Virus record (IMG/VR): IMGVR_UViG_3300037797_000018
Location: 1-35,578 of that record
Source: a virus
Taxonomy: Duplodnaviria; Caudoviricetes
DNA length: 35,578 bases
Reading direction: 5' to 3' (one strand)
Shown here: one piece after another, positions 33,795 to 35,578 of the stretch
Layout: the number at the start of each line of letters is the position of its first letter
Position numbering within the stretch: the first letter of the stretch is position 1
Notes under the pieces: model-generated
Told to the model about the DNA's origin: nothing
The model's database searches: none
Seen by the model: only the letters and a program-made list of their open reading frames with translations
Position numbers and translations under genes: made by a program

Positions 33795-34270
33795 CGGCCG
33801 AGAGAAGAACCGCTGACGGCATGCCCGAATACCTGCTGTGGGCCGAGCAGCAGATCGCGGGCGGGGCGATGCTCGTCTCCCGTGAAGCAGTCGTCGAGGT
33901 CGGCAGGGTCATCACGGGGGCGCAGTTCTACTACCACTCATGCGGGCAGGTGTTCCAAGCCGCGGTCGCGCTCGCATCCGCCGGCACGGAGCCCACGGTG
34001 CCCGCCGTCGCTTACCTCATGGACGCGGAAGGCACGCTCGACGACGTGGGCGGAGCGCCTGCGCTGGTCGATATGACGTGGACCGCGATGGACTTCGCAA
34101 CGCGCGGCTGCATGCTCGCCAACGCGGGCGTGGTGGCTGAATGGGCTGCACGGCGCGCGGTCGTGGCTGAGGCGCAGGAGAGCGTGCGTGAGGCCTTCAC
34201 AGGGCGCAGACGGCTCGCGATCGTGCCGCGCCACCTACGCACCGATCACAACGATCTTGAGGCCGTATGA
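33791..34270 (+). CDS. stand-alone DnaB helicase N-terminal-domain protein
   Basis: AEQQIAGG..., FYYHSCGQVFQA, LDDVGGAPALVDM, VVAEWAARRAVV match the DnaB NTD pattern (AEQ.VLG, FY...H..IF.A, L..VGG..YL, IV.E.A..R). Confidence 0.75.
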   Translation: MTAERRTADGMPEYLLWAEQQIAGGAMLVSREAVVEVGRVITGAQFYYHSCGQVFQAAVALASAGTEPTVPAVAYLMDAEGTLDDVGGAPALVDMTWTAMDFATRGCMLANAGVVAEWAARRAVVAEAQESVREAFTGRRRLAIVPRHLRTDHNDLEAV

Positions 34271-35511
34271 CCTTCACGTTTGGCACAGTCGAACGCGGGC
34301 GGATTGACGCGCGCAAGGCGGTGGGGGAATTGACGCTCGTGCTGCGGGCCGACCAGGTACGGCTCGGCGGGCGCTTCAACCCGGACGGGGTGCACGCGAG
34401 GATCGCGCTATTCATCGCGAAGAAGAACGGCAACGGGCAGTCCACATCGACGCTCGTGTGGTCGGACACGGTGAACGGCGACTCGGGCAAGGACCGCCAC
34501 GACTTCGCGAACAAGCTCTACGGCACCACGAAGACACCAGGCCGCATCGATGATCCCGCGCTGCGTCAGGCGTACCAGCAGGATGAGTTCGAGTACGACT
34601 TCGCCATCTGGTCACGGACGTTGTGGAACGCGTGGATCGGGCCTACCTCGGGCGGGTGGGTGAAGGGCGACCGAACGCCGTCCGCGCCACCGTGGTCGGT
34701 GCCGGGGCTCGTGATGGCGGGCTCCACGCTGATCGGGTTCGGGGACGCGAAGGCAGGCAAGAGCACGCTGTACCGGCTCACGTGCCAGTCACTGACGCAT
34801 GGGCTCGATCACATCATCCCGATCACCGCGCAGGAGCCGAGCATCTGGATCAACGCCGAGGAATCGCCCGAGGAGCACTCACGGCAGATCGGCAACGTGA
34901 ACGAGGCGCTCGGCATCGATCGCGAGACGCCGATGTTCACGATCCACGCGCGGGGGATGAGTGCGACGGACTTGCCGGCGCGGGTGGAGAAGGCGCTGCA
35001 CGAGACGAAGGCGAAGCACATCTTCGTGGACTCGCTCTCGCGGCTCGCGCAGGGCATGAACCTCAACGACAACGCCACCGCGACGCTGCTGATCGATTCG
35101 ATGGCGGGATTCGGCGCGTCGGTGAACTGGCTGGGCCACACCGGGCACGAGAACTCCTACCGGCTCGGCGGCTCCAAGCACTTCAAGAACGCAGCCCGCG
35201 TGATGGTGCGGATACAGGGGCGCATGAGCATCGGCGGAGTCTCGCCCGAGCTCAGGCGTGGCATCCGTGCCAGCGTGACGGACGCGAACGGCGCGGCGCC
35301 TACGGAGGCGATGCACTGGACGCTCGACTACCACCGTCAGCACGGACTCAGGGCGGTGGAACTGGCGGAACCCGATGCCTGGCCGGTGCTGTCGTGTGGG
35401 CAGCAGTACGGCGAGGGCAAGGTGTGCCGCCGCAAGACATGGGATGGGGTCACCAGAGCCGGTGAGGTTCGGTGCCCCCGTCATCGCGATGAAGACGACG
35501 ACGAGTCGTGA
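34267..35511 (+). CDS. RecA-fold ATPase, RepA/AAA_25-type helicase-like
   Basis: Walker A GDAKAGKS, WINAEES, Walker B IFVDSLS, LGHT, GSKHFKNAAR; C-terminal Cys/His cluster. Confidence 0.8.
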   Translation: MTFTFGTVERGRIDARKAVGELTLVLRADQVRLGGRFNPDGVHARIALFIAKKNGNGQSTSTLVWSDTVNGDSGKDRHDFANKLYGTTKTPGRIDDPALRQAYQQDEFEYDFAIWSRTLWNAWIGPTSGGWVKGDRTPSAPPWSVPGLVMAGSTLIGFGDAKAGKSTLYRLTCQSLTHGLDHIIPITAQEPSIWINAEESPEEHSRQIGNVNEALGIDRETPMFTIHARGMSATDLPARVEKALHETKAKHIFVDSLSRLAQGMNLNDNATATLLIDSMAGFGASVNWLGHTGHENSYRLGGSKHFKNAARVMVRIQGRMSIGGVSPELRRGIRASVTDANGAAPTEAMHWTLDYHRQHGLRAVELAEPDAWPVLSCGQQYGEGKVCRRKTWDGVTRAGEVRCPRHRDEDDDES

Positions 35512-35578
35512 GTACCAGCAGGGGCGGACGCGGACGGCCGGGACGTAACCGGGGAGGCCATCCCCATTGCCACGCCCT
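35508..35578 (+). CDS. 5' part of the junction-spanning 64-aa protein (continues at 1-124)
   Basis: GTG overlaps the ATPase stop (GTGA); frame stays open to the end of the window. Confidence 0.6.
   Translation, partial: MSTSRGGRGRPGRNRGGHPHCHA

Larger units (their letters stand above)
1..35578. mobile_element. complete or near-complete podovirus-like bacteriophage genome
   Basis: Full packaging, head, short-tail, lysis and replication modules; no host housekeeping genes; ORF continuity across the ends. Confidence 0.85.

Noticed and set aside
1-35578. Stop-codon reassignment
   Set aside because: TGA, TAA and TAG all end genes at sensible coupled junctions, and core genes are intact in code 11
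1-35578. CRISPR array, tRNA, integrase/att site, reverse transcriptase/DGR, introns or inteins
   Set aside because: No regularly spaced repeats, cloverleaf, recombinase or RT motifs were seen, and TerL and MCP have ordinary lengths; this was a by-eye check only

Overview
The window looks like a complete, circularly permuted ~35.6 kb high-GC tailed dsDNA phage genome of podovirus type. Joining the last base to the first restores an intact ORF. Almost all genes are on the + strand and tightly coupled by ATGA/GTGA/TGATG overlaps. The modules are: (1) 32.7 kb to the end and on through 1-5.7 kb, DNA metabolism and accessory genes (N6/N4 DNA methyltransferase, stand-alone DnaB N-terminal domain, RecA-fold helicase-like ATPase, spermidine-synthase-like SAM enzyme, SLOG protein, actinophage-type SSB, Hjc-like resolvase, HNH endonuclease, many tiny Cys/His proteins); (2) 5.8-6.6 kb, a four-gene reverse operon with a near-consensus housekeeping promoter; (3) 7.7-29.6 kb, morphogenesis (TerS, TerL, portal, two large internal/ejection proteins, scaffold, P22-coat-like major capsid protein, decoration and short-tail genes, membrane proteins); (4) 29.7-32.5 kb, small genes, an amidase endolysin and a holin-like protein. 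I recognised no integrase, CI-type repressor, DNA polymerase, primase, tRNA or CRISPR array. The most interesting signals are regulatory. A 15-bp palindrome (GTTGC-N5-GCAAC) sits at four module boundaries, and three copies overlap predicted promoters. In front of the scaffold/capsid genes, an unannotated 50-aa DUF2292/YezD-like micro-ORF is followed by a promoter and mutually exclusive antiterminator/terminator hairpins. All protein calls come from motif recognition by eye; no searches were run.
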